From the NCBI RefSeq assembly GCF_963921235.1, contig NC_086108.1, forward strand, positions 74,588,001 through 74,652,000: DNA of 64,000 bases, written 5' to 3'. How positions within the stretch are numbered: the first letter of the stretch is position 1; every line of letters starts with the position of its first letter. Origin of the DNA: Mobula hypostoma (Eukaryota). Below the pieces are notes generated by a model, which made no database searches, was not told the origin of the DNA, and saw nothing but the letters and a program-made list of their open reading frames with translations. Shown one piece after another: positions 26,501 through 39,929 of this stretch. The translations under genes were made by a program, and so were the position numbers.

Positions 26501-27341
26501 TAGGTTTAAATGTTGGCGTATAAGTGGAGAGCCCCCCCACCCCAAGTTTACAATATATTCCATATGTAGCTGATTTATATCATTTACATCTCCCGAATTT
26601 ACACCTTGCTATAATTTGGCATTTGGATGTTGTAGTAATTTCAATTACTTCTGCCACTGCCAAGTCATGGCTGCAGTATTGATGGTAGATGCGGCAAACC
26701 TGAGGTCTCTCATATTAATTCTGGTCTTACTAGCTCCTTTATAGTAATTTTGTTACTGCAAAATTCAAGGAGTTGTATTACTCTACTGAGGTTGAACTAT
26801 TTCCCTGCCAGACCATGACATCTGATTGTCAGTCAACAAATCGCTGCTCCACTAATTGAAAGTTTAATCTTTTGGTAAAAGGATTTCGGAGATTATTGGT
26901 GTAGTTTTTTTTTCAGTGTTATTAAGCAGTGATGCTGGGATGAGATAAACCAATTGCAGCCCATGGACTGAGCCATGCTAAATATATTTTCCTGAATCCC
27001 ACCTGAATTTTGAATCAAGAGCTGTAATCCATTGGCAGAACACTGCATCCAGGAACCTTTTGGAAGCCCTCAGCCATTAATTGGGCAGGGAGCTGGATAA
27101 GGGGATGAGTTGAGCTTCCTGGCTTTTTTGGGGAGAGCAGTGAGGTGTTTGTGGGAAGAAGCAGTAGCTGGGGAACCAAAGGAGGCCTAGTTTACAAGAA
27201 AATACAAAATCAAAAATTATTATAGTTGCCATCCAGGTTCCGACATGACAAAGTTTAAAGAATAACCCTTATTCCCTCTTGAGGATATCTGTTGCTAAAA
27301 GGCCACATGGTTGCCCATGACAGGCAATACCCAAGAGATTA

Positions 27342-29173
27342 GATTAGATTCAACTTTACTGTCATTGTGCCGAGTACAGATATAAAGCCAATGAAATGCA
27401 GTTAGCATCTGACCAGAAATGCAAAGAAGTGTTATTTACAAAATAACTGCGAATAAAAAGTGCTACAGCGCACAAACATAAAAGTACTGAGACAGTACAA
27501 TATGGGTGCAGTACGACTTAGCACTGTGATGTGAGGTTCAGCAGGGTCACAGCCTCAGGGAAGAAGCTCTTCCTGTGCCTGCTGGTGCAGGAACGGAGGC
27601 TCCAGTAGTGCCTACCAGATGGGAGGAGAGTAAAAAGTCTATGGTTAGGGTGAGATGCATCCTTGATAATGCTTTTCGCCCTGTCCAGGCAGCGTTTATG
27701 GTGATGTTCTCAATGGTGGGCAATTGAGTGCCAATAATCCGCTGGGCAGTTTTCACCACAAGCTGGAGTGCTTTGTGGTCCGATACGGGACAATTGCCAT
27801 ACCACACTGAGATGCAGTTGGTGAGTATGCTCTCAGTGGTACAGCAGTAAAAGTCTGTCAGTGTCCTGGGACAGAGGTGAGCTTTCTTGATGCTCCACGG
27901 GAAATAAAGGCGCTGTTGCGTCCTTTTGATCAAGATGGAGGGGTTCAGGGACCAGGTGAGATCCTCGCAAATGTGGACACCAAGGAATTTGAAGCTTGAT
28001 ACACGCTCCACTACAGCTCCATTGATGTAGATGGGGACGTGAGTGTGGCTCCGAGCATGCCTGAAGTCCACAATGATCTCCTTGGTCTTTTGGGTGTTAA
28101 GGGCCAGGTTGTTGTTGGTACACCATGTGGCCATGTGCTGGACCTCGTCCCTGTAGGCCATCTCATCATCCCCTCTGATCAGGCCAACCACCGTGGTGTC
28201 GTCTGCAAACTTGATTATGGAGTTAGAACCATGTACGGGAATGCAGTCATAGGTGAAAAGGGAGTACAGAAGAGGGCTCAGCACACAGCCTTGAGGCACG
28301 CCGGTGTTCAGGGTGAGAGTGGAGGAGGAGAGGTTGTCTAACTTAACTGATTGGAGTCTGATAGTCAGAAAGTCCAAGGTCCAATTGCAGAGGGATGAGA
28401 TGATACCAAGCTGGCGAAGTTTGGCGATCAGCTTGGAGGGGATCACAGTATTGAATGCCAAACTAAAGTCAATGAACAGCATTCTGATGCAAGAGTTGGG
28501 GCTGTCCAGGTGGGTCAGGGCAGAGTGAAGTGCTGTGGAGATGGCGTCCTCTGTTGACCTGTTGGTGCAACAGACAAATTGATGGTGGTCCAGGGTAGTG
28601 GGCAGACAGGATTTCAGATGTGATAGAATCAGTCTCTCAAAGCACTTTGCAATGATGGAGGTGAGTGCAACCGGGCAGAAGTCATTCAGGCCCGTGGCAG
28701 TGGAATGCTTTGGCACTGGCACGATGGTGGTGATCTCGAAGCTTGTGGGGCAACTGCCTGGGCCAGGGACAGATTAAAAATGTCTGTGAAGACCCCGGCT
28801 AACTGCCCTGCACAGACTCTGAGCACGCGACGAAGTATTCCATCTGGACCAGTTGCCTTCCGTATGTTCACCCTGCTCAGGGTGGCGCAAACATCAGAGA
28901 TGGAAAGTGAGTGAGGCAGTTCACCAGGTGGGAGATCCGCTTTGAGGGTGGCTTCCTTGTTCTCTTGGTCAAAGCGAGCATAGAAGTAATTGAGCTCATC
29001 AGGGAGGGAAGCAGAGCTGGAAGGGGGCACAGTACTGGGTGGTTTAAAGTCTGTAATGACCTGTATGACATGCCACATGCACTGGGGGTCCGAGGAGTTA
29101 AAATGCTCCTCGATTCTCTGTTTGTATATGTGTTTAGCCTGAGAGATTTCCCTCCTCAGGTTGGCCCTGGCTG
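27342..29173 (-). mobile_element. 5'-truncated Rex1/Babar LINE with a 391-aa RT frame, (AATCT)n tail and 9-bp TSD
   Basis: ORF 27547..28722 has [32 protein letters not shown] and [17 protein letters not shown] at 27333-27341 and 29174-29182. Confidence 0.92.
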
Positions 29174-30416
29174 AAGAGATTACAGAGAAGGGCTTTACCA
29201 GTAGACATATTTGAACATATAGTTGCAGATTAATACATCATGTGAGTGATTTCCTTTGGAATATTTGTATTTTCCATGAAACCATTCCAACATATTGATA
29301 CACCATCATTTAACTGCATCCCATAAGGCTATATGTTTGGCGTCACCATAAGTTTGGTTATTTTTTCACCTCCTCCTTTTTTCCATTGTTCAACAGCCCT
29401 ATTTGTACGCAGGGAAATAGGAAAGCTACATGACTGGGTCCTGGTCATTAGAGTCAGCCTAGTACTGCATGTGGATGATCCTCGCACATGCTTGGGAGTT
29501 GAATCGGCCTTCATTTTTAATAAATTTTGTTTTTGTTTTATGACCTCACAGTTTGATGTGAGCTGTTACTGAGCCTCTTTACTGATGTTGCCATTCCACT
29601 GTTTGCCATATGATGGCTTTTAATTTAAAAGCAATTCGTGCACTCTGAAATGACATGATGCACAGAGTGGTCATAATAGATATCAGAAGAACTCCCCAGG
29701 TCTCCAAACAACTCTTCAGTTACAGGAACTCATCTGTATAGTATTTTTGCAGCTGGCAAATCTTAAAGTCCAAGAGACGTTTGCATATTTATCTTGTGTA
29801 ACCGAATTTATGGGAATAACTTTGGAAGTCAGGGAGAAACATTAGCCATCCAATGCATACAGAATAGGCGTTCCCATGTCTGAAGTACTTTTTGCTGTTT
29901 CAATCTATCAAATAAGTTCTGTGTTTGAAGTCAGTCAGTTAAATGATAATAAACACCACCAGTTTAACATAGATTTTATTTCCATTTAATATAGGACCCT
30001 GTTTTTAAATAAGCTTAATTTGCATTTTAGAAAAAAAAGTCAACTTAGATTCTATGGCTAATAATCACAATAGCCTGATTAACTTTAGTTTTCAGTGGCT
30101 TGAAATGTTGCCTAACAGATGAAACCCAAATGTCATGATTACTGTATTCGGAGTGAAATTGATCTTTGATGGTAGTGCAGAATGGACGATAGCAAATTGA
30201 TTTCCTTTATAACAATCAGTTACATATCTCTTCTTGAAACTGCAATGGGAAAGAAAATTTTAAGTACTATAAAATAAGCAGTCAGACTGTGTTATCACTT
30301 GTGTCTTGCTACTGGTGGCAAGAAATTTCAACCTCAATATTTTCACTGTAATCTCACATCCCTAGCAAGTTTTTATCTGTCATAGTGATGAAGGAACACT
30401 ACGCTGTCAGAATGCT

Positions 30417-31205
30417 TTCAAAGGTTTCAAAGGTACATTTAATGTCAGAGAAATGTATACAATATACATCCTGAAATACTTTTTCTTCGCAAACATCCCT
30501 GAAAACAGAGGAATGCCCCCAAAGAATGAATGACAGTTAAATGTTAGAAGCCCAAAGCCCCCTAGCTCCACCCCCGCACATAAACAGCAGCAAAGCAACA
30601 ATCCCCTCTCCCCCACCAGCAAAAAAAAGCATCAACACCAACCACTGAGCACTCAAGTGTGCAGCAAAGCATCAGCAAAGACACAGACCTGCAGTACCCC
30701 AACGACTACTCGTTTACCTGGTATTTGACATACCACAGGCGCACTCTCTCCCTAATAAGGGAAAAAGGTATGTCTCAGTTTCACAGCGAGAGAGGAGACA
30801 TAAACAACTCGCTGATTTACGATGTTAAAAGTCCATTGTGTCGCTTTTTCTGAGCTCTGTGCCCAAAGAACTTGGGTCTCTGGGCACACAGCCAGCTCGC
30901 TGCTTTCGATCTTCCATCTCCCACGACACACCGGATTTCTGCAGACACTGACCTTCAGTCCGCCCGTCTTCAGAGCCACGAAATTGCGGACATTCGAAGG
31001 CAAGTGAAGCTTTTAGGCTGCATCCTTGGCATATCGAATAACGGCTAGTCATGAAACCCCAAGAGCAGGTCCCATTCCCATGAAGAACCAAAGTCAGCAT
31101 GTAACTCCAGGTCAGAGTCTTCAAAAGAACCCTGAAAGGGAAAAATAGAGATATTAAAGATGGAAATAGAGCTGTTTCCAAAGATGCAAGCAAAGGAGTT
31201 GCCAT
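30417..31205 (-). mobile_element. Unclassified non-autonomous retroelement
   Basis: TTCAAAGG-repeat tail, and shared 3' sequence with the 5420-5965 and 60357-60550 elements. Confidence 0.5.
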
Positions 31206-31799
31206 TAAGCTATTCATTTGGATGAAATGTAAAATCAGATTGTTAGATAGGTGGAAAAGATTTCTTTATTCTATATAGAAAAGCTGGCATTCCTCCCAGT
31301 AACAAGCTTAGAGCTTTGGGCTAGAAGTTATATCACGTGGTAGTGTTTTTATAACATTTGCAGCAGAATTTCACAAGGAAGTTGGCTCGTAAATACAGCT
31401 GAATGACATTGTGTGCATAACGTTGTTCAGAAAAGTGTACCATGGTCATCTAAGTGAATGTCACACTGGCACATGGAAGACACTGAAGACATGAGACACT
31501 TAATTTGTCCTCAATATATTGATAACATTATAATATTGTAGCATGAATGTGTTTTGAAAATGATGCATGTCTTGAATCAGCAACAAGATGGTGAAGGCCA
31601 TCTGCAACACTGGTCCTATCAGAGCCAGCTGTTTTAGACTTTGGAAGTAAATAAGCTGTTTAATTCTTTCATCATGGTGCTGGGGTCTTCCATAAACCAA
31701 GTCTAGTTACAGTAAAATCATTCCCTTTCTACTCTGCTATGAACGTATGTTAAACTTTAACGGAACCAAATATGGAAGTAAAGGAGGATTCACAGCCAT

Positions 31800-32090
31800 T
31801 GCACTACAGTTATTTCACAGTTCCTGCGGTGTGTTCAATTCTGTTCTCTGGCTTTGTCTTTATGTGGTTTGCACATCCTGCCTTTGACTGTCTGGGGTTT
31901 CTTCTATGCACCATTGGTTGTTAGGGTAATTGCCCCTAGTGAAGGTGGCTGGTAGGAGAATTGAGTGTGTTAATAGTCATATATGACAGAGAATAGATTG
32001 CAGGAAAATAGTTTTGGTGGGATTGCAATTAGAGCTGTCATTAGGTTGATGGGTTGAATGGCTTCTTTCTGAGTTATGGAAATATAAAAC
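31800..32090 (+). mobile_element. Decayed HE1/V-SINE-like element
   Basis: GTTCAATTC B-box-like motif followed by GTTTGCACATCCT...GGGGTTTC. Confidence 0.45.
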
Positions 32091-35000
32091 ATAAAAATAT
32101 TAAATTTCACTTTTAAGACTACTGACTGGGATAAACTTGTTGGTATTGTTATTTAATACAAAAGCATCCCTGTCACAACAAGGTATCAAATAAATGGAAT
32201 CAGAATCAGGTTTATTACCACTGGCATGTGATGTGAAGTCATTCATGTCAGCTATTCTGCCCATGGTTTTGTAGAAAATTGATACCTGTCTCTTGTGCAG
32301 TGTTGTTTCACCAAAGGTATTCAAATGTAAATCCTCTCTACACTTTAAAGATTTGTCTGTTTAAAAAAGAATTATGAAGAACACTCACCAAATTTAATGG
32401 TGACTTACTATCCTGGTCCAGTCTGGCAAACGTCTACAAACAGCTGTTGCAAAACTAAAATGGGGATAATTGTACTTTGTAAGAGTGGAAGATTTTCACA
32501 TCACCAATTATAACTAATGATTTCAGGGAAAAAAGTGGTCATCAAAGCTTGGCACAGGAAATTAAAAATATATACTTTTTACACAACTGAGTTTTTTTGA
32601 AAATGTGTACTTGAATCTGTTTAACCCCCGTACTCCCCTCCCTGAGAAAAATGAAAATTGCTAATTTACAATAATGCAGTAAGATCATATGAAGCAACAT
32701 TTGAAAAGGCTTGCATCAGGTCAGTGAGAACCTATGTGAACAGCAGACTTTAAAAATAATTTTTCAGTGCAGACTCTTCTAACATAACACGCATATGTTT
32801 CTCCATTTTCTGTTATATGCATTGATATACTTGGTTGACTTTGCTGATTTTGGGTTTCTGTTCATACGCAGTAACGTAATTTAATCCAGGGCTTATTAAA
32901 GTTTACAATGGATCACCCTCTGGCTTTCTTGTAAATAGTAACAGTAAATGCTGAAGGTGTACCCAACAGGTCAGGCAGCATCTGTAAGGGTAAGATTAAT
33001 ATTTTTGTCAGATCTACTGCCCTTATTCTTTATAGTCCTTGGAGAAAATCTTACTAAGCAAACTTTTAATTAATTTGCATTAAATCATTCATTGTTTAAC
33101 TGTCTATAGAATGGGCACTCAGGAATGAATTTGGAAAATGTGGACAAACTATATCTTTAAAGAATGTAGTGTTTTTTTTAGCAGATTATTCTGTCTTTGC
33201 CAAGATTATCAGAGGAAGTAGAGAAATAATTGAAACTAAATTTGGTGGCACGACATGGTTAAAACTTCTGTTAAACTAAATAAATAAGATTTACTGCAGC
33301 TATAAAAAGGTTAAAAATAGCATTTTTTTCTTCCCTCCAAACCAAAGCAGGTCACTTAAGAACAGGGGCCCTCCATGTGGTGGAGGTACTTGTCAACTGC
33401 CCTATGAGGGCTGTATTGGACAGCACCATTTTTAATTATTTCATTTAAAAATTGATTGATTTAGTGTTGAAATACTTCCAGAATAATACTGTTACTTGAA
33501 GTTATGCCAGAGGGTAATTTTTGACTTTTGACAATTGTGAAAAATGATCAACTGGCCAATAGATGTTCAGGTTCAAATACTAAATTAATTTCTTACAGAA
33601 GTTAACAGAATCATGGATTGGCTTCATTTAAGATCAGAGAGACTATCATTTGGAGATAATAAATTTCTTAGGACTATTTCTGGGCTCCTGCTGGCCTCAT
33701 GCCATTTCTTGGGAGTGAAACCTGGGGAAAGTATTTTTCAGGCCCATTGAGATTAGTGGTCTCTGGTAAATGCACTCGCAGTGTTTCTCAGGACAGGCTA
33801 TTTTGCTTAGGTTCTAAATATTTAGGGTAAATAATGAGTACTTCCCTTCTACAAAAGGGACATGATTATACTATGGTAAGAGGGGGAAGAGAGATGTGAT
33901 GTTGTTGGAAGCATACCAGAAGGTGCACCTTGGAAACACTTTTATGCCAGTCAGGTGCCGAATTATCCAGCTGTCCTGAATGAACAGAAATTGTGGATAT
34001 GTTCACAGTGGTGCAGGAAGTGGAGTGAGTGAAGCTCAGAGTGACACAGGTACTAATTACTAGTGTGTAAGCTTACAGAGATGGAAAAACTGAGGTTAAA
34101 ATCAGTGACACAGGCCCACTCCCACCTCCATGTTTTGTGCCTTATAGTTGCTTGTGATCCTACGATTGCTAATGGGCCTGAGCTGAAGAGTCCAAGAAGG
34201 CACCATTCCAAATGTATCTTCTGGAAAACAGCCAATGAATTTCTTAGATCAAAATCTTTCTTGTTGTCTATGCAGTCCCCTTCACACTGGCCCAGCAACA
34301 ACGTTGATCCCTCCTGTGCCCTCAGCAAACCAACTCAGCTCTTTAGCTAAATAGGGGGCTGTAGTGAGGTTAGGTTGGCTATAATGTTTTCAGTTTCTTT
34401 TTCTTGCATGGATAATATTTGTTTTGAAACATCACCTTTTTAAAAAAAAAATCAGAACTACAAAGTTGAAATGTTTTTTTTTCCTGAGCTGCAAGCCTGT
34501 GTCTAAAACTAAGAAGCAGACACAGGGCACTTCAGTTATACTCGCCACAAGAGCGCAAGCTCAGCACAAAGTGTCCCCTGCACTCCCTCAGGCAGCCCTG
34601 GAAAGCCAATCCCTGTTTTCTAAAATGTTCTTAAGTACTAAAATCCGAGGGAGTAGTAGTTCAAGGAATTCTGACACAATACTAGCCTTTGATTTACCCC
34701 TCCTCCACCTTTAAAATTACAAATTGATCAAACTAACTAAAAGGGTTTTAAAAGCTACACCTTTCCTTCCCCCTTAAATCAAAACAGTCCCTGAAATGAG
34801 CACAGGTCTGTGCAAATGGAAGCCCTTTTTGTATAAGCACTGAGTGAACTTAAGTTAGTAGCATGACCAATGACCTGTCACTCATGTGGGCATTTAGAAT
34901 AATCCTTTCCCTGCTATATTTAAAGCAAGCACAATTACCTGAACTGTAGTTGCCAGGGTTTTGTGGCTTCAACCTGCTGTTGGCTTGCCACCTGTGTGAA

Positions 35001-35120
35001 TTTGGACTGGAGAGTTTGAATTTTTAAACAATGCTCTTCAGAATTTTCTTTAATATGCCAAAAGTTTGTTTATTAAAAGAGAAGGGCAAGGGCAAAACCA
35101 AACCAAGTGTCATCAGTTCA

Positions 35121-36370
35121 AAACACACAAAATGCTGGAGGAACTCAGCAGGTCAGGCAATATCTATGGAAATGAATAAACAGTTAACATTTCAGGACCA
35201 GAAAGGAAGGGGGAATCATGCCAGAATGAAGGTGATTGGAGGGAAAGGAGGTCTAGCTAGAAGGTGATAGGTGAAGCCAAGTGTGTGGGAAAGGTAAAGA
35301 GCTGAAGAAGAAGGAATCTGATAGGGACAGGAGAGTGGACCATGGGGGAAAGACAATAGAACTTAGAAATTTACAGCACATTACAGGCCCTTTGGCCCAC
35401 AATGTTGTGCTGACCATGTAAACTACTCTAGAGACTGCCTAGAATTTCTCTATCGGATAGCCCCCTATTTTACTAAGCTCCATGTACCTATCTAAGAGGC
35501 TCTTAAAAGACCCAATTGTATCCGCTTCCACCACCATTGCCAGCAGTGCATTCCACACACCCACCACTCCCTGTGTGGAAAAACTTGCCTCTAACATCCC
35601 CTCGGTACCTATTTCCAAGCACCTTAAAACTATGTCCCCTTGTGTTAGCCATTTTAGCCCTGGGAAAAAGCCACTGGCTATCCAGACCATCAATGCCCCT
35701 CAACATCTTATACACCTCTATCAGGTTACCTCTCATCCTCTGTCGCTCCAAGGAGAAAAGGCCAAGTATACTCCACCTATTCTCATAAGGTACACCCTCC
35801 AATCCAGGCAACATCCCTGTAAATATACTCTGTACTCTCTCCATAGTATCCACATCCTTCCTGTAGTAATGTGACCAGAACTGAACACAGTACTCCAAGT
35901 GGGGTCTGACCAAGGTCTTATATAGCTGTAACATTACCTCACGGCTCTTGAACTCAATCCCACGGTTGATGAATGCCAACATACTATACGCTTTCTTAAT
36001 AACATGTCAACCTGCGCAGCAGCTTTGAGTGTCCTATGGACATGGACTCCAAGATCTCGCAAATCCTCCACACTGCCAAGAGTCTGACCATTTATATTAT
36101 ATTCTGTCTTCTAATTGGACCTACCCAAATGAACCAGTTCAAACTTATCTGGGTTGAGGTCCATCTGTCACTTCTCAGCTCAGTTCTGCATCCTATCAAT
36201 GTCCCGCTGTAACCTCTGACAACCCTCCAGACTATCCACAACACCCCCAACCAAAGGAAAGAAGGAGGGGCACCAAGGGGAGGTAATAGGAAGTGAGGAG
36301 AAGAGGTAAGAAGCTAGAGTGGGAAATAGAAACAGAGGGAAGGGAAAGAGGAAAAATTTACCGGAAGCAT
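35121..36370. mobile_element. Penelope-like repeat split by a CR1 insertion
   Basis: ACACACAAAATGCTGGAGGAACTCAGCAGG start; purine-rich body stops near 35352 and resumes near 36253. Confidence 0.55.
35353..36252 (-). mobile_element. CR1 3' ~900 bp, relatively young
   Basis: LAFINRGIEFKSREVMLQLYKTLVRPHLEYCVQFWS...; same subfamily as 50577-54007. Confidence 0.92.
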
Positions 36371-37744
36371 GATCAGGGTTCTTCAAGTAAGGAGGTTGGA
36401 GCCCATTACGCCATCGTTGGTGATATCAAGTTGAATCCTGTCTTCATTACACTCCCATCATTTTCATGCCTAATTTAAGAAAAAAAAAAGGAAACAATTT
36501 TATTTTCCGGTCTTTTTGACTTTAAGACTGAATCCACTTCATTTATGGGTTCACAAATACTAAAGGTTTCTGGGATTTCCAAAATCTTTATTTTCTTTTT
36601 CTTCTACTGAATATATAGTAGAGGTAAATTTACACAATAGTCATCAGGCCGCTGGTATCCCAGATGTTACTTCTGCAGCTAAACTTGATTGTGGATGGCG
36701 TTTTTGTCTCTGTGAAGTTTGAGCTCCAGTCTTTCCCAGCCCAATGTCCTGATACTCAATCTCTAGCAGGGACAATTGGACGGTGGCCAAAAAAGAGAAC
36801 TGCTTAATTTTTCCTCCTCTGAAGTGCAGGAGTACTGAAGCTAATTATAAAAATACAAATATTGATGTAGTTCCCTACGTTCAGTGACCTGAGTTGAGAT
36901 CAATCAGTTCAGCATAATAGTGGAATGAATGTGAGCGCTGTATGCGACTGCCTTTAACACAAACCCATCAGGCAAGCATGTTTACTTTTGGGAACTTTTT
37001 TTGGCGTATAAGTGCTGTTTTTCTTTGTATTTTCCCAAAACAGAACCCCCCCCCCCAGTATCTTCCAGTGTTCTTACTGAGTCAAAGGCCTCTTTGCTAT
37101 TCAGCAGTCCAGCTACACCAACTTTCGTTAGAGTCGCCTGGATTGCTGTTACAGAGGCAAAAGGCCATAAAATTCTGTTTGCCTATTACCTTCTTGAAAA
37201 ATCACCAGCACAGAAGACAAACCTTCACCATTGACTTCCCAGGGTGTTAGAGGCTGATGCGTGCCAGGAGTTGCCTCAGCAAACACTAGTGTGGGGATCA
37301 GAAAGTCCAGACTTGTGATCATAGACCAGCCATATGACAAGGTATGAACTAGTTGAAAGTCTAACTAGCAATGAAACAGAGCAATAGGAAAAGTTACCCT
37401 GGTATATCCTATCTATGAAAAGCATATCAAGGTTTATCAAACGAAGTTAACAAATTTCATGACACATGCCGGTGATAATGATTCTGATTCAATGACCATT
37501 CCTTTAGCAAATAAATCAAATACATTATCAATAGTGATATGAAGTGCCCCATTCTGAACAACAACCTGATCCTGAAAGCTCCTACTGGGTTCTGTCAGAA
37601 CAATTTGGTTCTAGATCTCATTTCAACCTTGGCCAAATGTGTGAAGACAGCTAAATTCTAGCAAAGAAGTCATAGTGACAGCCTTTGGCAAAGTCAGCAA
37701 TGTTTCAATTGTGGTTTCTATTGAAAACTGAAGTTATTGGATAC

Positions 37745-37872
37745 ACAAGAAACTGTGGATGTTGGGATCTGGACCAACAACAATCTACTGGAGGAACATA
37801 ATGGGTCAAGCAGCATCTGAGGGAGGAGATAAATTATCTGCATTTTGGGTCAAAGCCCTGCATCAGGACTGA
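37745..37872. mobile_element. Penelope-like repeat fragment with decayed hammerhead
   Basis: CTGGAGGAAC...GCAGCATCTG...CCCTGCATCAGGACTG. Confidence 0.45.
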
Positions 37873-38598
37873 AGTAGTTATTGGGTATTTGGATGAATGT
37901 CTCAACTGCCTAGGCTCATATCCAATACAAGGGAGGATGGACGTGGCTTTTGGATGCCAATCACCCAAAATTGGAGTTGTTCAGGACTGTGTTCTGGGTA
38001 GCCAGCTCCAGTCATCAATGATTTTCCTTCCTTTCATAAAGTCTAACCATTCTTCCTTCAAAACATTTGATAAAACCACTGGTAATTATACATAATTGTA
38101 TAATGAAACTACCAAGCACAAGTTGATAGGTGACAAGTAATATTCTCACCACAAAAGGGCAGTGAGCAACTTCGAAAGGAGAGCATGCATTCAATAGCTT
38201 TACCATAACTGAATTCCTCACTCTCAACAAACTGGGGTCACCATTCACCAGAAGCTTAACTGTACAAACAACTAAATACTGTGGCTGCTTAGTAAGCCAG
38301 AAGCTGAATATTGAATAAAACATGAGTGATGTAAAAAATGTTTTGTATTGCTTGGTACAGTTAATGCAGATAACGATATGTCCCAACTGTATTTACTGTA
38401 TAGGTTATGACTAAAGTAATTTTTGGTAAAAAAAACTTCAATGATATATCTTCTGGCTTCACAATACATTTCACAAGCTGCAGAAACAAATCTGGAGTGG
38501 ATAGAATACTCACCATTTGCTTGAATGGGTATGGCTGCATCCGCTTGACATTATCTAAGTTTGAGTAGCTTCCTTGATTGAACAACATTGCTCTAGTG

Positions 38599-38678
38599 CA
38601 GGGGTTTCCAACCTGTTTTATGCCATGGACCAATGCCATTAAGCAATGGGTCCATAGACCTCAGGTTAGGAAGCCATG
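38599..38678. mobile_element. 80-bp hAT-Charlie-type MITE
   Basis: TIRs CAGGGGTTTCCAACC and GGTTAGGAAGCCATG (11/15 match); 8-bp TSD CTCTAGTG/CTCTAGTA at 38591-38598 and 38679-38686. Confidence 0.85.
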
Positions 38679-39929
38679 CTCTAGTATGTCTCATTAAGGG
38701 CAAGTAATCCTGGCTTTTTTAACAGTTGCTTCCATAACATTGACTTTTAGGGTTTTTTTGTAAGAAGGACAAGACCTGAATTCCCAAGGAGGTATCTCTG
38801 AATTCCTGTCTAAATCATGCAGCTTTCTGGAACCATTTTACTGTTTCTGAATTACCACTGTTGACCTGTTGCAGGTGCTCTCAGATTTTGATTTGGTGGT
38901 AGTCCACAATGATATGATTTCTGAATGCTGCACAATTTAGATGGGCAGATGACAGTGCATCCTATGGAAATCCAAGAGGACAGCTCACCATCCCCTTCTC
39001 AGGGGTGTTTAAGGATGGGTAATTAATACTGGCCTTGCAATTGATTTCTATATCCTGAAAGTTATTGAAACAAAGTTTTAAAAAAACCCTTCCTTCTCTG
39101 AATGAAAGAGTACTCTGACATTGTTTATTTTGTTCTTTCTTTTGAACTAACTCTACCATTGCTACTGCTTAATTTAGAAAATTGTCTTGCGGACCAGCCA
39201 AAATATTGCCGAGTTTGAACCTATTGTTGACTTCCTTGCTTCTCCATTATTCTATAGTTCAGTTTTAACACTCCAATTCCTTGAAATAAGCTGTAATCAT
39301 TAAAAATCGATGTGTTCAGAAAGATCTGTGCTTGATGTGTTGATGAGAGGTGAATTCACAGAAGGCTCAGAGTGGAATAAAATGGATTGCACATCAGTTT
39401 TAGTATTTCGACGACGTTATTCCAAATTTGCTGACTGACTTTTATAGGGAGCCTGACCTTGCAGTAGGAATTGCCTTGAAGCTGTTTATCGATTGTTAGC
39501 CAGTTAGATTTAGGACACAAACATAAAGGTGATCTGTAGAGCAAGCCAAGGTCAGCTAAAAGGCAATTCCAGGTGCAAGGGCATGCTCCCAATAATGTTT
39601 ATAAAAAGATAAAGCATGACCTACATGTAATCAAGCTGTTTATTTTAGACTACAGGTTTCTCAGCTAGAAACTTATTTGCCCTTAAAGTGAAGTTCAAAG
39701 AATCTTTGCATCTAACTGGTGGAGTGTGGAGTATGGCTTATTGGCATTTTGCCTGAGATGTCATATTTAAACAACCATGATTAAAGAGTGCAAGGGTTCA
39801 TCAACGGTGAAGGTTACATAAACATTGTATTCTTAGGAGGATTTGTAGGGGTGAATTTGTTGAGGTAATGGAATATCAAAGCAGTTGGTTTTCAGATTCC
39901 TGATCTTTATCTAATTTTAGAGCTGTATA

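Noticed and set aside
27547..28722. 391-aa RT ORF as a retron, DGR or domesticated gene
   Set aside because: Typical Rex1/Babar LINE RT with tail, TSD, 5' truncation and frameshifts
37840..37872. Minus-strand hammerhead
   Set aside because: Both cores are mutated (CTGATGC, and AAAA instead of GAAA), so it is predicted inactive
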